From the NCBI GenBank assembly GCA_963847575.1, contig CAWKAL010000027.1:1-61145 (forward strand): 61,145 nt of DNA. Reading direction: 5' to 3'. The notes beneath the pieces are model-generated. The model was not told the origin of the DNA. It saw only the letters and a list, made by a program, of their open reading frames with translations, and did not search any database. Below are positions 35,809 through 46,798 of the stretch, in pieces; within the stretch, counting starts at the first letter, position 1, and every line of letters starts with the position of its first letter. This stretch comes from an uncultured Gammaproteobacteria bacterium. GTDB taxonomy: Bacteria > Pseudomonadota > Gammaproteobacteria > SZUA-229. Both the position numbers and the translations under genes were made by a program.

Positions 35809-37050
35809 TTACTGACTATTTTTGCTTGAGTAAGTGCGCTCAATATAGTGGTTGATCAAAACCTGAAACTCGTCTGCAATATGGTCGCCTTTAAGTGTTA
35901 CGGTTTTTTCACCGTCTTCATACACCGGTGCCACCGGGCGTTCGCCGGTGCCGGGCAGGCTGATGCCGATATTGGCATGCTTGCTTTCGCCGGGGCCGTT
36001 GACCACGCAGCCCATCACCGCCACCGACATATTTTCTACGCCGTGATAGCGTTTCTCCCACTGTGGCATTTGCTTGCGTAAATAATCCTGTATTTGCGAT
36101 GCCAGGGTTTGAAAGTAGGTGCTGGTGGTGCGGCCACAGCCGGGGCAGGCCGTGACCAGAGGTACAAATGAGCGCAGGCCCATGGTCTGCAGAATTTCCT
36201 GCGCAACAATGACTTCCTTGCAGCGGTCTGCGCCGGGTTCGGGTGTGAGCGAGACACGTATGGTGTCGCCAATACCATCGTGCAATAAAATACCCAGTGC
36301 AGCGGTAGATGCAACGATTCCTTTCGAGCCCATGCCGGCTTCGGTCAGGCCAAGATGTAATGCATAATCACTGCGCTGTGCGAGTGAACGGTAAACTGAA
36401 ACCAGGTCCTGCACCACGCTCATTTTGCACGACAGAATTATTTTGTTTTTCGCCAGTCCGAGTTCCTCGGCCTGTGCCGCACTTTGCAGCGCGGAACGAA
36501 TCACGGTTTCTTTCATGACATCGTGCGCGTCATGCGGTTGCTTGCGAGCTGCGTTTTCGTCCATCAGGCTGGCGAGCAGCGCCTGGTCCATGCTGCCCCA
36601 GTTAACCCCGATGCGGACCGCCTTGTTGTGGCGGCAGGCGTGTTCAATCATGGTGGCAAACTGGCTGTCGCGTTTTTTGCCCTTGCCGACATTACCGGGA
36701 TTGATGCGGTACTTGGCCAGCGCTTCGGCGCACGCCGGATGGTCGTTCAACAATTTATGGCCATTGAAATGAAAATCACCGACGATGGGTACGCAACAGT
36801 TTTTAGCGGCGAGGGCATCACGTATCGGCGCGACCGCGGCAGCTGCCCGATCATCATTGACAGTAATGCGCACCAGTTCAGAACCGGCGCTGGCGAGTTG
36901 CAGGATTTGCTCGGTGGTGGCGCTGATATCAGCCGTGTCGGTATTGGTCATCGACTGGATCACCACTGGCGCGCCTCCGCCTACGGTGACACCGTTGATA
37001 TCGACTGCGACTGTCTCGCGTCGAGGCTTGTAAACGTCGGGATATTCCAT
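35809..37050 (-). CDS. ispG: 4-hydroxy-3-methylbut-2-enyl diphosphate synthase
   Basis: Start at [46 protein letters not shown]. Confidence 0.9.
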   Translation of the reverse strand: MEYPDVYKPRRETVAVDINGVTVGGGAPVVIQSMTNTDTADISATTEQILQLASAGSELVRITVNDDRAAAAVAPIRDALAAKNCCVPIVGDFHFNGHKLLNDHPACAEALAKYRINPGNVGKGKKRDSQFATMIEHACRHNKAVRIGVNWGSMDQALLASLMDENAARKQPHDAHDVMKETVIRSALQSAAQAEELGLAKNKIILSCKMSVVQDLVSVYRSLAQRSDYALHLGLTEAGMGSKGIVASTAALGILLHDGIGDTIRVSLTPEPGADRCKEVIVAQEILQTMGLRSFVPLVTACPGCGRTTSTYFQTLASQIQDYLRKQMPQWEKRYHGVENMSVAVMGCVVNGPGESKHANIGISLPGTGERPVAPVYEDGEKTVTLKGDHIADEFQVLINHYIERTYSSKNSQ

Positions 37051-37214
37051 ACAGATGGGATGCTCATTCACCAGGCGGATCGAGATTTTAACACTGCTGA
37101 TGCCTGCTACGTAGCCCCGTTGTCGCTTAAATCTGCAACAGGCTCCCGCGATGAGAATCACGCATGGCAAGAATGTTTAGCCTGTCTGCGCCGTGACGGC
37201 TAGAATGCGACACC

Positions 37215-38351
37215 ATGAAACTCGGTCTGATCATAAACCCGCTGGCTGGCATTGGCGGCAGTGTTGCGCTCAAGGGCAGCGACGGTGCGGCGATTGTCGA
37301 ACAGGCGCTGGCGCTTGGCGCGAAGCCGATGGCGGGTGAGCGCACGCTGGCAGCCATGCATAGCCTGGCAGGCAAAGCTGGCGTGACGCTAAAAACCGCT
37401 GGCGATGCCATGGGTGAGGATGTCCTCAGGCAGCTCGGGATGGGCTGCGAGGTGGTGTATCGCGCAGCAGATAATAACCACACCTCGGCACAGGATACCC
37501 AGGCTGCGGTGCGCGCCCTGCTGGTTTCGGGCATCGATCTGCTGGTGTTTGCTGGCGGAGACGGTACCGCGCGCGATGTGCTCAATGCGCTGAGTGCTGA
37601 CGAAGCCGCCACCTTGCCGGTGATCGGTATTCCCGCCGGCTGTAAAATTCACTCCGCGGTGTACGCAGTTACGCCACAGCAGGCGGGTGAGCTGCTGGCG
37701 CTGATTGCCGCCGGCTCGCCGGTGACGCTGCACGCGGTCGAAGTCATGGATCTTGACGAAAATGCATTTCGTGCCGGCCAGGTGAAAGCCAGCTGTTATG
37801 GATATTTGCGCGTGCCGGTGGATGACACGCGCATGCAGGTCATCAAGCAGGGCGGCGTTGACCACGAGGCCATGGCGGTGCAGGACATAGCCAGTGACGT
37901 GGTGGAAAACATGGAGCACGATGTTTTATATTTCATTGGCTCAGGCTCGACCACCGCTGCAATCATGCAGCAGCTTGGCCTGGACAACACCCTGCTCGGT
38001 ATCGATGTGGTGCGCAATCATGCTTTGCTGGCGAGTGATGTTGATGCGCGTACAATGCTGGATCTGCTTGCAAAGCATCCTGCAAGAATTGTGGTCACGG
38101 CGATCGGCGGGCAGGGGCATGTGTTCGGCCGTGGCAACCAGCAGTTCAGCCCGGCGCTGATTCGCAAAGTTATTGATCAGAATCAACCTGACAATATTCT
38201 GCTAGTGGCGAGCAACGAAAAATTGCGTACGCTAAACAGCAGGCCGATGATTGTCGACACGGGCGATGTTGAGCTGGATACCAGGCTCGCGGGGATGGTG
38301 CAGGTAATCACCGGCTACGAGCAACGTACACTTTATAAACTTGGATACTGA
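37215..38351 (+). CDS. ATP-NAD kinase family protein
   Basis: [47 protein letters not shown]. Confidence 0.65.
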   Translation: MKLGLIINPLAGIGGSVALKGSDGAAIVEQALALGAKPMAGERTLAAMHSLAGKAGVTLKTAGDAMGEDVLRQLGMGCEVVYRAADNNHTSAQDTQAAVRALLVSGIDLLVFAGGDGTARDVLNALSADEAATLPVIGIPAGCKIHSAVYAVTPQQAGELLALIAAGSPVTLHAVEVMDLDENAFRAGQVKASCYGYLRVPVDDTRMQVIKQGGVDHEAMAVQDIASDVVENMEHDVLYFIGSGSTTAAIMQQLGLDNTLLGIDVVRNHALLASDVDARTMLDLLAKHPARIVVTAIGGQGHVFGRGNQQFSPALIRKVIDQNQPDNILLVASNEKLRTLNSRPMIVDTGDVELDTRLAGMVQVITGYEQRTLYKLGY

Positions 38352-38356
38352 CGAAC

Positions 38357-39665
38357 ATGCAAGATTCAGAATATATTGCAGGCTTACTGGAATTTTTAAA
38401 AAATTCACCAACACCGTTTCACGCAGTCGAGCAGATGGTACAACAGCTCGAACAGGCCGGATTCAAACGCCTGCGTGAAGCCGATGCATGGCAGCTGGAT
38501 GCCGCCGGCAAATATTTTGTGACGCGCAATGATTCTTCGATTATTGCCTTTACCCTGGCGGGCAATCCGGTTGACAGTGGATTTCGCATGGCAGGCGCAC
38601 ATACCGACAGCCCGTGTCTTAAAGTCAAACCGAAACCGGAACTGGCGCAGTCGGGCTATTATCAGCTCGCGGTGGAAGTATATGGCGGTGCCTTGCTCAA
38701 TCCATGGTTCGATCGTGATCTTTCACTGGCCGGGCGCGTGAGTTATCTCGATAACACCGGCGAAGTGCGCAATGCGCTGATTGATTTTGAACAACCGATT
38801 GCGACAATCCCGAGCCTGGCGATACATCTCGACCGCGAAGCCAATGAAATCCATGCCATTAACAAGCAACTGCATTTGCCACCGGTGATACTCAAGTTGC
38901 CGGATGAACCCGAAGGCACCACCGGCACCGAAGTTGTCACGCCGCAGTTTCGCGATCTACTGCTCAAACTGCTGCGCAAGCAACACGCGGATGCGCAGCG
39001 CGTGCTGGATTATGAACTGAGCTTCTATGATACCCAGCCACCGGCGGTGATTGGCCTGCACCAGGATTTTATCGCCAGCGCACGCCTCGATAACCTGCTG
39101 AGCTGTTACACCGGACTGGTGAGTTTGCTCAGGTCGGGCGAAGGCCATAATGCCCTGCTGGTGTGTAATGACCACGAGGAAGTCGGCAGCATGTCGGCAG
39201 CGGGCGCGCAGGGGCCATTTCTGCAATCAGTGCTGCAACGCATCACCGGCACAGGCGAAGCACTGGCACGCGTGGTCGACCGTTCCATCATGGTCTCGGC
39301 CGACAATGCGCACGGCATACATCCAAACTTTGCAGACAAGCACGATGCCAATCACGGACCTTTGCTCAACCAGGGGTCCGGTGATCAAGCTCAACCACAA
39401 CCAGCGCTATGCCACCAGCGGCGAAACCAGCGCGATTTTCAGAAATCTGTGCGAGAAGGCCGATGTACCGGTGCAGTCATTCGTGGTGCGCAGCGATATG
39501 GGCTGCGGCAGTACCATCGGCCCGATCACCGCCAGTGTGATCGGTGTACGCACGCTGGATATCGGCGTGCCGACCTTCGCCATGCACTCGATCCGCGAGC
39601 TGGCAGGGCGCTGGGACGGGTATTATCTTTACCGGGTACTGCGTGAGTTTTTTGCTCACGCCTGA
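38357..39665 (+). pseudogene. apeB: M18-family aspartyl aminopeptidase, one frameshift near 39370-39380
   Basis: [30 protein letters not shown]. After the slip, [14 protein letters not shown] ... [11 protein letters not shown] ... [13 protein letters not shown] continues in ORF 39150-39665. Confidence 0.8.
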
Positions 39666-39806
39666 GCAGACGCGCGCTAATTCCATACAAAATTCATCTT
39701 GACTCAGCTTGCTGTCTGATTATGCTGGTGGTACGCACTGGCCAGGTGTGTTCTGCGTTTCGAACCCCCGCCAGGCGATCAACCCACGCGAGTGGTGGAG
39801 GTGTTC

Positions 39807-40310
39807 ATGTTACGCCGACTGTTCTATCTGTTCCCGGATGAAGCCCACGCCCAGAAGGTGGTCAACGAGCTTGGCCTGAAAGCGGTGGATATCAGGCGAA
39901 TGCATGCCATCGCGCATGGGGTAGAGCTCAAAACCCTGCCAAGGGCTACCGAGCGCCAGCTGAGAGATACCAGTTTCCGGCTCGAGCGTAGTCTCTGGCT
40001 GGGGAATCTGCTGCTGTTTCTGAGCGCGCTGGTGATCTTCCTGGTGATGCTGGCAGCGGGTGAAATCATGTGGTCGGTGATGGCGCTGGCTGTAATGCTG
40101 GCCTGTTTTGTCGCCGGGGAGCAGTTTGTAGTGCATGTCCCCAATGTGCATCTCAGCGAATTTACCGATGCGCTGGCCCATGGTGAGGTACTGCTGATGG
40201 TCGACGTGCCCGCTTACCGGGTGGCCGAGATCGACGAGTTTGTGCATCGCCATCATCCAGAAGTGGTTTCTGGCGGGGTAGGCTGGACTTTGGGTTGCTT
40301 TGGTATCTGA
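39807..40310 (+). CDS. hypothetical membrane protein
   Basis: Start at MLRRLFYLFPDE. Two central TM helices. No family recognised. Confidence 0.45.
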   Translation: MLRRLFYLFPDEAHAQKVVNELGLKAVDIRRMHAIAHGVELKTLPRATERQLRDTSFRLERSLWLGNLLLFLSALVIFLVMLAAGEIMWSVMALAVMLACFVAGEQFVVHVPNVHLSEFTDALAHGEVLLMVDVPAYRVAEIDEFVHRHHPEVVSGGVGWTLGCFGI

Positions 40311-40447
40311 AATTGAATTAAGGTGATTTGAATCAGGATTTTCAGATATTCGGCTATTTTCAGATCAGCCGTCCGCCTCTAGAATAGCCTGCATCCCGTT
40401 TGGATTTAGGTGGTGAGGATCTTTTGAATCATCCCTTGTGTGAGCTT

Positions 40448-40474
40448 AACCGGCCCTGTGCCGGTTATTTTTTT
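40448..40474 (+). terminator. rho-independent terminator in an intergenic region, 140 nt beyond the upstream stop
   Basis: AACCGG-CCCTGTG-CCGGTT followed by ATTTTTTT. Confidence 0.55.
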
Positions 40475-40567
40475 GTGCACAATAAATTGCTTGCTGCGTT
40501 TTCCCGGTATGCGTATATACTTGGAAGTATTATTCAGACTATTTTATAACGTGTTGAAAAACAACAA

Positions 40568-41782
40568 ATGAGAACTGTTAAGAAATCACTTAAACTGACT
40601 GATGTCTGCTATGACATTCGCGGCCCGGTGCTGCGCGAGGCGCGTCGCCTGGAGGAAGAAGGCCACAAGATTCTGAAGCTCAATATTGGCAATCCATCGC
40701 CCTTCGGCTTTGATGCGCCAGAAGAAATTGTCCAGGACATGATTTACAACGTTCCGGTATCGCAGGGCTACAGTGACTCCAAGGGGCTGTTCTCAGGCCG
40801 CAAGGCAGTGATGCACTACTGCCAGCAAAAGAACATCCGCCACGTCGAAATCGACGACATATACCTCGGCAACGGCGTCAGTGAAATGATCGTGATGTCG
40901 ATGCAGGCACTACTCAATAATGGTGATGAAATCCTGATCCCGGCCCCGGACTATCCATTGTGGACCGCAGCGGTGAGTCTGTCTGGCGGCAGCCCGGTAC
41001 ATTACTTGTGTGACGAGCAGGCCGACTGGTACCCCGACATCGCCGATATCGAGCGCAAGATCACCACCAATACGCGCGGCATCGTGATTATTAATCCGAA
41101 TAATCCGACCGGCGCAGTCTATCCGGATGAAGTCTTGCTGGAAATCATCGAGCTTGCACGCAAGCACGATCTGATTATTTTTTCTGACGAAATATACGAC
41201 AAGATACTTTATGATGACGTCACCCATACCTCGACTGCTTCGCTGGCCGATGATGTGCTGTTTGTCACTTTCAATGGCCTGTCCAAGTCGTATCGTGTTG
41301 CGGGCTTTCGTGCCGGCTGGATGGTGATCAGTGGTGCCAAGCTCAAAGCCACTGATTACATCGAAGGCATCGAGTTACTGGCGTCGATGCGTCTGTGTTC
41401 TAATGTTCCCGGGCAGCACGCCATACAGACAGCGCTGGGCGGTTATCAAAGTATCAATGACCTGGTCAAACCGGGCGGTCGCCTGCGCCGTCAACGTGAT
41501 CTCGCATACGAACTGGTCACGCAAATACCCGGTGTCAGCTGTGTCAAACCCAAGGGCGCAATGTACCTGTTTCCAAAAATGGATCCGGCGGTGCTTAAAT
41601 TTGATGATGATGAAAAAATGGCGCTCGATCTGTTGTTAGAAGAACGTATTCTGATAGTGCAGGGGTCTGCGTTCAACTGGCCGGCGAGTGATCACTTCCG
41701 CATTGTGTTTTTGCCCTACGAAGATGAATTGCGCGATGCCATGGCGCGCATAACCAGGTTCTTTTCACATTACGTCCCCTGA
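40568..41782 (+). CDS. alaA: glutamate-pyruvate (alanine) aminotransferase, class I PLP enzyme
   Basis: Near-colinear with E. coli AlaA as remembered: VCYDIRGPVL.EA.RLEEEG.K.LKLNIGNP.PFGFDAP, NPNNPTGAVY, FNGLSKSYRVAGFR. Confidence 0.85.
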   Translation: MRTVKKSLKLTDVCYDIRGPVLREARRLEEEGHKILKLNIGNPSPFGFDAPEEIVQDMIYNVPVSQGYSDSKGLFSGRKAVMHYCQQKNIRHVEIDDIYLGNGVSEMIVMSMQALLNNGDEILIPAPDYPLWTAAVSLSGGSPVHYLCDEQADWYPDIADIERKITTNTRGIVIINPNNPTGAVYPDEVLLEIIELARKHDLIIFSDEIYDKILYDDVTHTSTASLADDVLFVTFNGLSKSYRVAGFRAGWMVISGAKLKATDYIEGIELLASMRLCSNVPGQHAIQTALGGYQSINDLVKPGGRLRRQRDLAYELVTQIPGVSCVKPKGAMYLFPKMDPAVLKFDDDEKMALDLLLEERILIVQGSAFNWPASDHFRIVFLPYEDELRDAMARITRFFSHYVP

Positions 41783-41783
41783 T

Positions 41784-42482
41784 ATGTTGCATAACCTGCT
41801 CACTGTCAGGCGGCAGATTGCCGCCGCAGCTGAAAGCGCAGGTCGAAACACAGGTGATATTCAGTTGATCGCGGTCAGCAAAACGCGCACGCTCGCTGAA
41901 GTGCAGCAGTTATACGCATACGGACAAAGGGTTTTTGCAGAGAACCAGGTGCAGGATGCGCTCAGCAAGATTCCTGGACTGGCTCATCCGCAGGCCGACT
42001 GGCATTTTATCGGGCATTTGCAGTCCAATAAAGTCAAAAACATTCCCGGAAATTTTCAATGGCTGCATACGCTCGACAGTCTCAAGCTGGCAGAAAAACT
42101 CAATACAGCAATGCAGCAGGCTGGCGAGTCCGAGCCACTCAACTGTTTGTTACAGGTAAATGTATCCGCTGAAAAATCCAAGGCAGGCGTTGCTGTCAGC
42201 TGCGTTGGCGAAATGCTTTCACAATTGCTCGAGCAGTCATACCCGTTGTTAAAATACCGTGGTTTGATGACCATCGGTGTGCGTGCAGATGCGCTGCAGA
42301 CACGAGATGCTTTTGCGCAACTGCGGGATTTGCGCGATAGTTGCCGCGAACGTTTTGGGCTGGCCGAGTTTGATCAGCTTTCCATGGGAATGTCTGATGA
42401 TTTTAAAATCGCGATTGAAGAAGGTTCGACAATGGTGCGAATTGGAACACGTATTTTCGGGCAACGTAAAAAAGAACACTAA
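41784..42482 (+). CDS. yggS: YggS-family PLP-homeostasis protein
   Basis: LIAVSKT (PLP Lys), WHFIGHLQSNK, SMGMSDDF, VRIGTRIFG. Confidence 0.85.
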   Translation: MLHNLLTVRRQIAAAAESAGRNTGDIQLIAVSKTRTLAEVQQLYAYGQRVFAENQVQDALSKIPGLAHPQADWHFIGHLQSNKVKNIPGNFQWLHTLDSLKLAEKLNTAMQQAGESEPLNCLLQVNVSAEKSKAGVAVSCVGEMLSQLLEQSYPLLKYRGLMTIGVRADALQTRDAFAQLRDLRDSCRERFGLAEFDQLSMGMSDDFKIAIEEGSTMVRIGTRIFGQRKKEH

Positions 42483-42530
42483 AGCCGGGCGACGCAGCTG
42501 GATTTAGCTGAACTCTGAAAAAAAATCACA

Positions 42531-42572
42531 AAAAAACAGGGGCGATGCATTTGCATTCGCCCCTGTTTTTTG
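42531..42572. terminator. bidirectional intrinsic terminator
   Basis: An A7 run, a 12-bp stem CAGGGGCGATGC/GCATTCGCCCCTG, then T6, lying between convergent genes. Confidence 0.6.
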
Positions 42573-42604
42573 TAACGTGCTAATCGTAAAGAATAATTAG
42601 CGGT

Positions 42605-43024
42605 TTATCGCATTCTGTTTTTGTTCATGCGTTCTTCAGATTCTTTGCGGCGTTCTTCAGCCATCTTCTGCATTTCTTCGCTATTTTTGTTCATACGTTC
42701 TTCAGATTCTTTGCGACGTGCTTCAGATTGCTGCTGCATTTCTTCGCGCGTCATCGGTTTATATTCTGAATCTTTATCACCGCTACGTGAAGCTTCACGA
42801 TTTTTCTTCATTTCCTCTTTGCGGGCATTACGCTCTTCTTCCCTGGCCTGCTTGCGAGCTTCGTGTTCCTGCTTGCGTTTTTCTCGTTCGGCCTCAACTT
42901 CGGCCTGGCGATTTTTGACCCATTCGGGTTTTTCCGGCGTGGCAGGTGGGTCAATCGCGAGGGCAAACTGGCTGAAACTGGCGGTAAACAGCGCAGCCAG
43001 AACGAGGGTTAAAAATTTTGACAT
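42605..43024 (-). CDS. secreted Lys/Glu/Arg-rich repeat protein
   Basis: Signal MSKFLTLVLAALFTASFSQFALA. Internal repeat ARRKESEERMNKN x2 and a charged helical composition. Confidence 0.6.
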   Translation of the reverse strand: MSKFLTLVLAALFTASFSQFALAIDPPATPEKPEWVKNRQAEVEAEREKRKQEHEARKQAREEERNARKEEMKKNREASRSGDKDSEYKPMTREEMQQQSEARRKESEERMNKNSEEMQKMAEERRKESEERMNKNRMR

Positions 43025-43124
43025 TTGATGTGCTCCGTTAGTCGGTATTTAATGTGGGCGCTATTACGCCATAAACGGCCCTGTTCTACCATTGATTTCT
43101 ATCATGAAATGGCTAATTACCGCC

Positions 43125-43169
43125 GAAAACACAAATAAAGCGGGCGCGATGGCCTGAGCCACCGCGCCC
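43125..43169 (-). terminator. rho-independent terminator (minus strand)
   Basis: 11-bp stem GGGCGCGATGG/CCACCGCGCCC with one mismatch, followed on the minus strand by GCTTTATTTGTGTTTTC. Confidence 0.5.
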
Positions 43170-43312
43170 TAGCAGCGCATGATTGCCGCTAAACTGTTTG
43201 GAAATCTGTGCAACTGATGTATCCAGACTCCCTAGATTCGCAATCATGCCAGGCGTTCAGTCAGCGTCCCGGTTCAGCAGGGAGGACGCTTTATCAAACT
43301 GTGCCTCAACTA

Positions 43313-43933
43313 TCAGCTCTTTTCAGCTTGAGTTGCAGGTGCAGCTTCAGTCGTACGCGCTTCATTCATTTTCTTCATGAATTCTTCGTGACGTTTTTCT
43401 GATTCTATGCGACGCTCGTCCATCAGCTTTCTCATTTCAGCACGACGTGCTTCGATTTCTGCCGGTAACTGGAAAGGAGCAGGTGCAGCGTAGGCAGGCG
43501 CTGGCTGCTGCTGGACGTTCTTCATGAACTCAGCGTGACGCTCATAGGCTTCTTTCTGGGCTTTTTCAAACGCGGCCTGCTGGGCTTTCATCTGCTCTTC
43601 TGTCAGCGCAGGTGGCGGCGCATAGGCGTATGGGCCATAGCCATTCTGGTAACCGTTGTAACCACGGTATTCGTTGACACCACGGTAACTGTTGTAGCCC
43701 GAGCCATTACCACGACCGTGACCACGACCGCTCATGTTGAATGAGAAGCTGGAATCGAAATCGCCATCAACGTCACCGGAACCGGAACCGGAACCATCGC
43801 TGTATCCATAGCCATCACCGCGATAGTTGTTATCGTTATAACCATTGTCATTGTCGAAAGGTCCCCACCATGCGTTTGCCGATGTGGATACAGTGAGTAC
43901 AGCGATTGCTGCGATTGTGTTAAGAGTTTTCAT
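43313..43933 (-). CDS. secreted Gly/Tyr-rich (sulfur-globule-protein-like) module fused to a charged helical C-terminal module
   Basis: [82 protein letters not shown], then EEQMKAQQAAFEKAQKEAYERH...RRAEMRKLMDERRIESEKRHEEFMKKM. A GAGG RBS favours the second ATG. Confidence 0.6.
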   Translation of the reverse strand: MKTLNTIAAIAVLTVSTSANAWWGPFDNDNGYNDNNYRGDGYGYSDGSGSGSGDVDGDFDSSFSFNMSGRGHGRGNGSGYNSYRGVNEYRGYNGYQNGYGPYAYAPPPALTEEQMKAQQAAFEKAQKEAYERHAEFMKNVQQQPAPAYAAPAPFQLPAEIEARRAEMRKLMDERRIESEKRHEEFMKKMNEARTTEAAPATQAEKS

Positions 43934-44316
43934 GTTTTGCCTCATTTAATTGTGTGTACAGCTAAGTTTCATGCGCTTCTGATTCTGACGAATCAAGGAG
44001 TATTATAATATTAGAAAACAATAATATTGTCAATGTATATGGGCGTTGCAAGGGTCTAGCCTGTGATAGAGACCAGCAGTTTTTTACTTGAATTGCACTG
44101 TTCAGCTATTAAGAATCTTTACGCAATGATCTGCATGGCAGTGAAAGCACGGCAACGGGTTTGCTAGAAATAGCCTGTCTGGATTGTCGAGGATCCTGGA
44201 GATATTATCGCTAACAACAGTCGAATGTGTTTGCTCAGTTGCATTCCAGGCTGAGGGGGTAGTTGAGGGGAACCAGCTCAATAGGTGAATTCAGGTTTGT
44301 TTGCCAATCTGGAACC

Positions 44317-44353
44317 GAAAAAAAGCTGGCCACCGTAAGGTGGCCAGCTTTTT
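44317..44353 (-). terminator. rho-independent terminator (minus strand)
   Basis: AGCTGGCCACC-GTAA-GGTGGCCAGCT, with T7 following on the minus strand. Confidence 0.6.
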
Positions 44354-44374
44354 ATGCTAAATACTGAAACAGTA

Positions 44375-44785
44375 TTATTTAGCTGGAGCTGCTGCAGGCG
44401 GCGCTTGTGGCGCTGCATACGGGCCAGGACCATAACCAGGACCAGGACCATAACCGTAGCCTGGGCCAGGACCGTAACCACGGTTATAACGGTTATAACC
44501 GTCATAACCACGGTAGTCATTGTAGCCTGAGCCATAGCCGGAACCACGGTAGCTGTTGTTACCACGGCCAGAACCACGACCTGAACCACGACCGCTCATA
44601 CCAAATGAGAAATCGCCATCCATATCACCGGAACCGTCACCATAGCCATCGCCGTAGCCATCGCCATAACCAGAGCCGCGGTTATCCCAACGACCTGAAT
44701 TGTTGCCATTGTCGCCCCACCATGCATTAGCGGAGGTAGAAGCAACAAGAATTGCAGCAGCTGCAAGTACTTTCAAAGTTTTCAT
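44375..44785 (-). CDS. secreted Gly/Tyr-rich protein (sulfur-globule-protein-like)
   Basis: MKTLKVLAAAAILVASTSANA-WWGDNGNN..GYGDGYGDGYGDGSGDMDGDFSFGMSGRGSGRGSGRG..GYGPGPGYGYGPGPGYGPGPYAAPQAPPAAAPAK. Confidence 0.6.
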   Translation of the reverse strand: MKTLKVLAAAAILVASTSANAWWGDNGNNSGRWDNRGSGYGDGYGDGYGDGSGDMDGDFSFGMSGRGSGRGSGRGNNSYRGSGYGSGYNDYRGYDGYNRYNRGYGPGPGYGYGPGPGYGPGPYAAPQAPPAAAPAK

Positions 44786-45043
44786 GTAATTAAGTCCTCA
44801 TCGAGAGAATGAATACAATGGCAACTTAGCATGACTTGCAACCGGGTTGGTATAAACAAACGTCTATAAGTACATCGGCAGCTCACATGGGCAGTTAGCC
44901 ATGAACGAGCAATACTAAAACTGTTGTCGACGCGTGTAAACAACCATTTGAGCGGTGCGTTAAAGCAGATTAGCACGGAAGAGTTCCGTCATGCTGCGGT
45001 ATTTCTGGCAGAATGAATGGTTATTGACGCATGTCAATAATGC

Positions 45044-45068
45044 AAAAGCCGGGATTCACCCGGCTTTT
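45044..45068. terminator. small bidirectional hairpin terminator
   Basis: AAAA-GCCGGG-ATTCA-CCCGGC-TTTT. Lies 3' of the minus-strand gene ending at 45101. Confidence 0.45.
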
Positions 45069-45100
45069 GTTAACACTTGCCTGCCATTGTGTGGCGGTGG

Positions 45101-45955
45101 TTAGATTCGCTCGAGGCTACGATCACGGGCTTCCTGCATGCGTTTTATGGATGCGGCACGCATTTCGTAAGCATCCTGATTACGTACGCGCATCTGCTCG
45201 ATAATGTCCTGTTGACGTGTAATTTGCTGGCGCATCATTTCAATCATTTTTTGCTGACTGGCTTTGAAGTTTTCGAGACTCCTGGTGTCGAGGGAATCAA
45301 GGTAACTGTTGCGATCTGCAATACGTGCCTGCATGGATGCTTTTAAAGAATCAATTCTTGAAACAGGTGTCAGGCTACTGGCAGCTGCCTGGCTGGGAGT
45401 CTGCTTCGGTTGTGTGCTACTGGTTACGATCTGCTCAGATGGTTGTAACTGAGCAGTCGCAGTATCTTCAGCTTTTGCAACAACTTCAACTGCGATGCTT
45501 GTAGCTGGGGAAGTGCCAGTGCCAGTGCCAGTGCTAGTGTCACTATCTTGCGTTTGTGTTGCCTCGACTGGCGCATTCACTTCGATGGCATTTGCTGTCT
45601 CAACAGTTTGATTGCCATGGTTGATTTCCTCGGCAGTTGTTGCATCGGTATCAGCGACCAGGTTCTCAGCATCATCTGCTGCAGCTGCAAACTCGGATAC
45701 AGTGTCTGTTTCAGCCTGGTTTGTTTCGGCTTCAATTAACTCGTTGGCATCAGCAAGTTCAGCTTTAAGGCTGGCTATGTCCTGGTCAATTGTATTGAGC
45801 TCACGATCAAGCATAATTGTAGTGGTAACAATGATGCTTGCCATAATGACGGCGACTGCAGCATATTTAGCCAGGGGCGCAAGGATTAGCTTAGCGTCGT
45901 TACTTTTTTGTTCAGCAGTTTGTGCTTCGTTATCATTATTATTTTCAATGGTCAT
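45101..45955 (-). CDS. single-pass membrane protein with acidic Thr/Ala/Glu-rich linker and charged coiled-coil C-terminus
   Basis: 284 aa. TM helix YAAVAVIMASIIVTTTIML. C-terminus KASQQKMIEMMRQQITRQQDIIEQMRVRNQDAYEMRAASIKRMQEARDRS resembles the charged modules of 42605-43024 and 43313-43933. Confidence 0.55.
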   Translation of the reverse strand: MTIENNNDNEAQTAEQKSNDAKLILAPLAKYAAVAVIMASIIVTTTIMLDRELNTIDQDIASLKAELADANELIEAETNQAETDTVSEFAAAADDAENLVADTDATTAEEINHGNQTVETANAIEVNAPVEATQTQDSDTSTGTGTGTSPATSIAVEVVAKAEDTATAQLQPSEQIVTSSTQPKQTPSQAAASSLTPVSRIDSLKASMQARIADRNSYLDSLDTRSLENFKASQQKMIEMMRQQITRQQDIIEQMRVRNQDAYEMRAASIKRMQEARDRSLERI

Positions 45956-46094
45956 TTTTATACCTGATAAAGAGTTAGGTGGCAGCTAGCCTGTATATGA
46001 TGAATCTTTACGATGGCAATAGTTAAATACTTGACAACCACTGGCCATCAGCATCTCAGCCATTAGAGGCCGGTCAGCGCGTTTTGTTTCAATA

Positions 46095-46487
46095 TTATTT
46101 ATTTTGCGCGGGCGCCGCAGGTGCTACAGGTGCGGGCCTGGCTCCGTAGGGTGCATAGCCATACGGTGGAGGTGCATAACCGTAGGGTGCATAACCATAT
46201 GGGCGATACCCATAACCGTTATAACCGCGATAATAATTATTACCATAACCACGGCCATAGCCGCGCCCAACACCATCGCCTCGGCCACGACCTGACGCGC
46301 GTGCTTTCACTGTGAAAGTGAAATCAGCATCGCCAAACATATCGCCCAGGAAATCGCCAAACAGGTCATTATCCCAGCTGTTGTTTCCATAACCGCGGTG
46401 CCGATCATTATCAAATGGTCCCCAGGCACTGGCTGAGGTTGATATGGTGAGTACAACTGCTACAGCTATTAATTTGAATATGTTCAT
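46095..46487 (-). CDS. secreted Gly/Tyr-rich protein (sulfur-globule-protein-like)
   Basis: [100 protein letters not shown]. Confidence 0.6.
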   Translation of the reverse strand: MNIFKLIAVAVVLTISTSASAWGPFDNDRHRGYGNNSWDNDLFGDFLGDMFGDADFTFTVKARASGRGRGDGVGRGYGRGYGNNYYRGYNGYGYRPYGYAPYGYAPPPYGYAPYGARPAPVAPAAPAQNK

Positions 46488-46743
46488 TACATAAGCCTCG
46501 TATCAGTAGTCAGCAAATCTTGATGCGCCCGGGCTGAATCAGCCAGAAAACATACTATTAAAGAATCCAGATGCGTTCAACCGCCCATCGCCCGGCTGGC
46601 GCCCAGAGCAACACTATAATCGAAATTACGACACCAGCGGCTCATGTTAACGCCTAATTATGCTGCTGATGTAACTGATCAATACAAGTTTGACGGGTAT
46701 CAAGAACTGCACTGTCACGCTGGCGAAACCTCATTGAACAGAC

Positions 46744-46778
46744 AAAAAAAAGCCGGACACCTGCGTGTCCGGCTTTAT
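46744..46778 (-). terminator. rho-independent terminator (minus strand)
   Basis: AGCCGGACAC-CTGC-GTGTCCGGCT, with T8 on the minus strand. Confidence 0.6.
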
Positions 46779-46798
46779 TCACTATTGTGCGACCTGTA

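Noticed and set aside
36036-37919. Many 60-240-aa ORFs overlapping ispG and the ATP-NAD kinase gene on the opposite strand or in other frames
   Set aside because: They are shadow ORFs of two well-supported genes, with Arg/Ala/Gly-rich nonsense composition.
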